Positions 54,355 through 54,440 of a DNA stretch of 54,440 nt are shown here, piece after piece. Numbering within the stretch: the stretch's first letter is position 1; every line of letters starts with the position of its first letter. The notes below the pieces were generated by a model. The model saw nothing but the letters and a program-made list of their open reading frames with translations, ran no database searches and was not told the origin of the DNA. The stretch comes from a virus (Duplodnaviria; Caudoviricetes). A program made the position numbers and the translations under genes. Location of the stretch: the IMG/VR virus record IMGVR_UViG_3300022602_000130, positions 1-54,440 of that record. One strand, 5' to 3'.

Positions 54355-54440
54355 TTTTTATTGACAGCGGTCTACTGCTAATATATATTAGTATCAATTA
54401 TCGGAGATCGAATTGTCAAAGAACGTATTAATTACTGGTG

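Noticed and set aside
1-54440. Stop-codon reassignment (alternative genetic code)
   Set aside because: Conserved genes (nrdA, nrdB, guaC, helicase) are full length in code 11, and TAA, TGA and TAG all occur as real stops

Overview
AT-rich (~35-38% GC by eye), gene-dense fragment of a large lytic tailed phage (jumbo/T4-superfamily-like), read in genetic code 11. The host is probably an alphaproteobacterium, based on a circularly permuted two-piece tmRNA with an ANDN...LAA tag, an alpha-type bS21 and PhaR-like boxes. Replication genes: primase, DnaB/gp41 helicase, a gp62-like clamp-loader subunit, a PHP-less DnaE and a separate 186-aa 'mini-DnaE' that keeps the catalytic motifs. Nucleotide metabolism and repair: nrdA, nrdB, glutaredoxin, guaC, UvsE and a PD-(D/E)XK exonuclease. 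Virion genes: a mosaic tail fibre, PAAR, a lysozyme-hub protein and putative internal head proteins including a nucleotidyltransferase. Translation/proteostasis genes: tmRNA, bS21, ClpS, Hsp20 and tRNA-Thr. Modification enzymes: two radical SAMs, a carbamoyltransferase, PIG-L and SGNH-like proteins. Envelope genes: lipase + lipoprotein, a secreted cell-wall hydrolase and an autotransporter-like protein. The most notable signals not covered by the ORF track are (1) a systematic leaderless architecture (TATAAT/TATATT-N6-ATG in 8 early genes, TAAATA-N4/5-ATG in late genes), (2) a ~200-nt unassigned structured RNA at 46213-46414, (3) a phasin-like cassette behind PhaR-like boxes, (4) late-promoter hairpins that occlude ribosome-binding sites, (5) a secreted poly-His peptide and (6) direct repeats bracketing single-gene insertions. 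All family assignments come from motif recognition only; no database searches were run.
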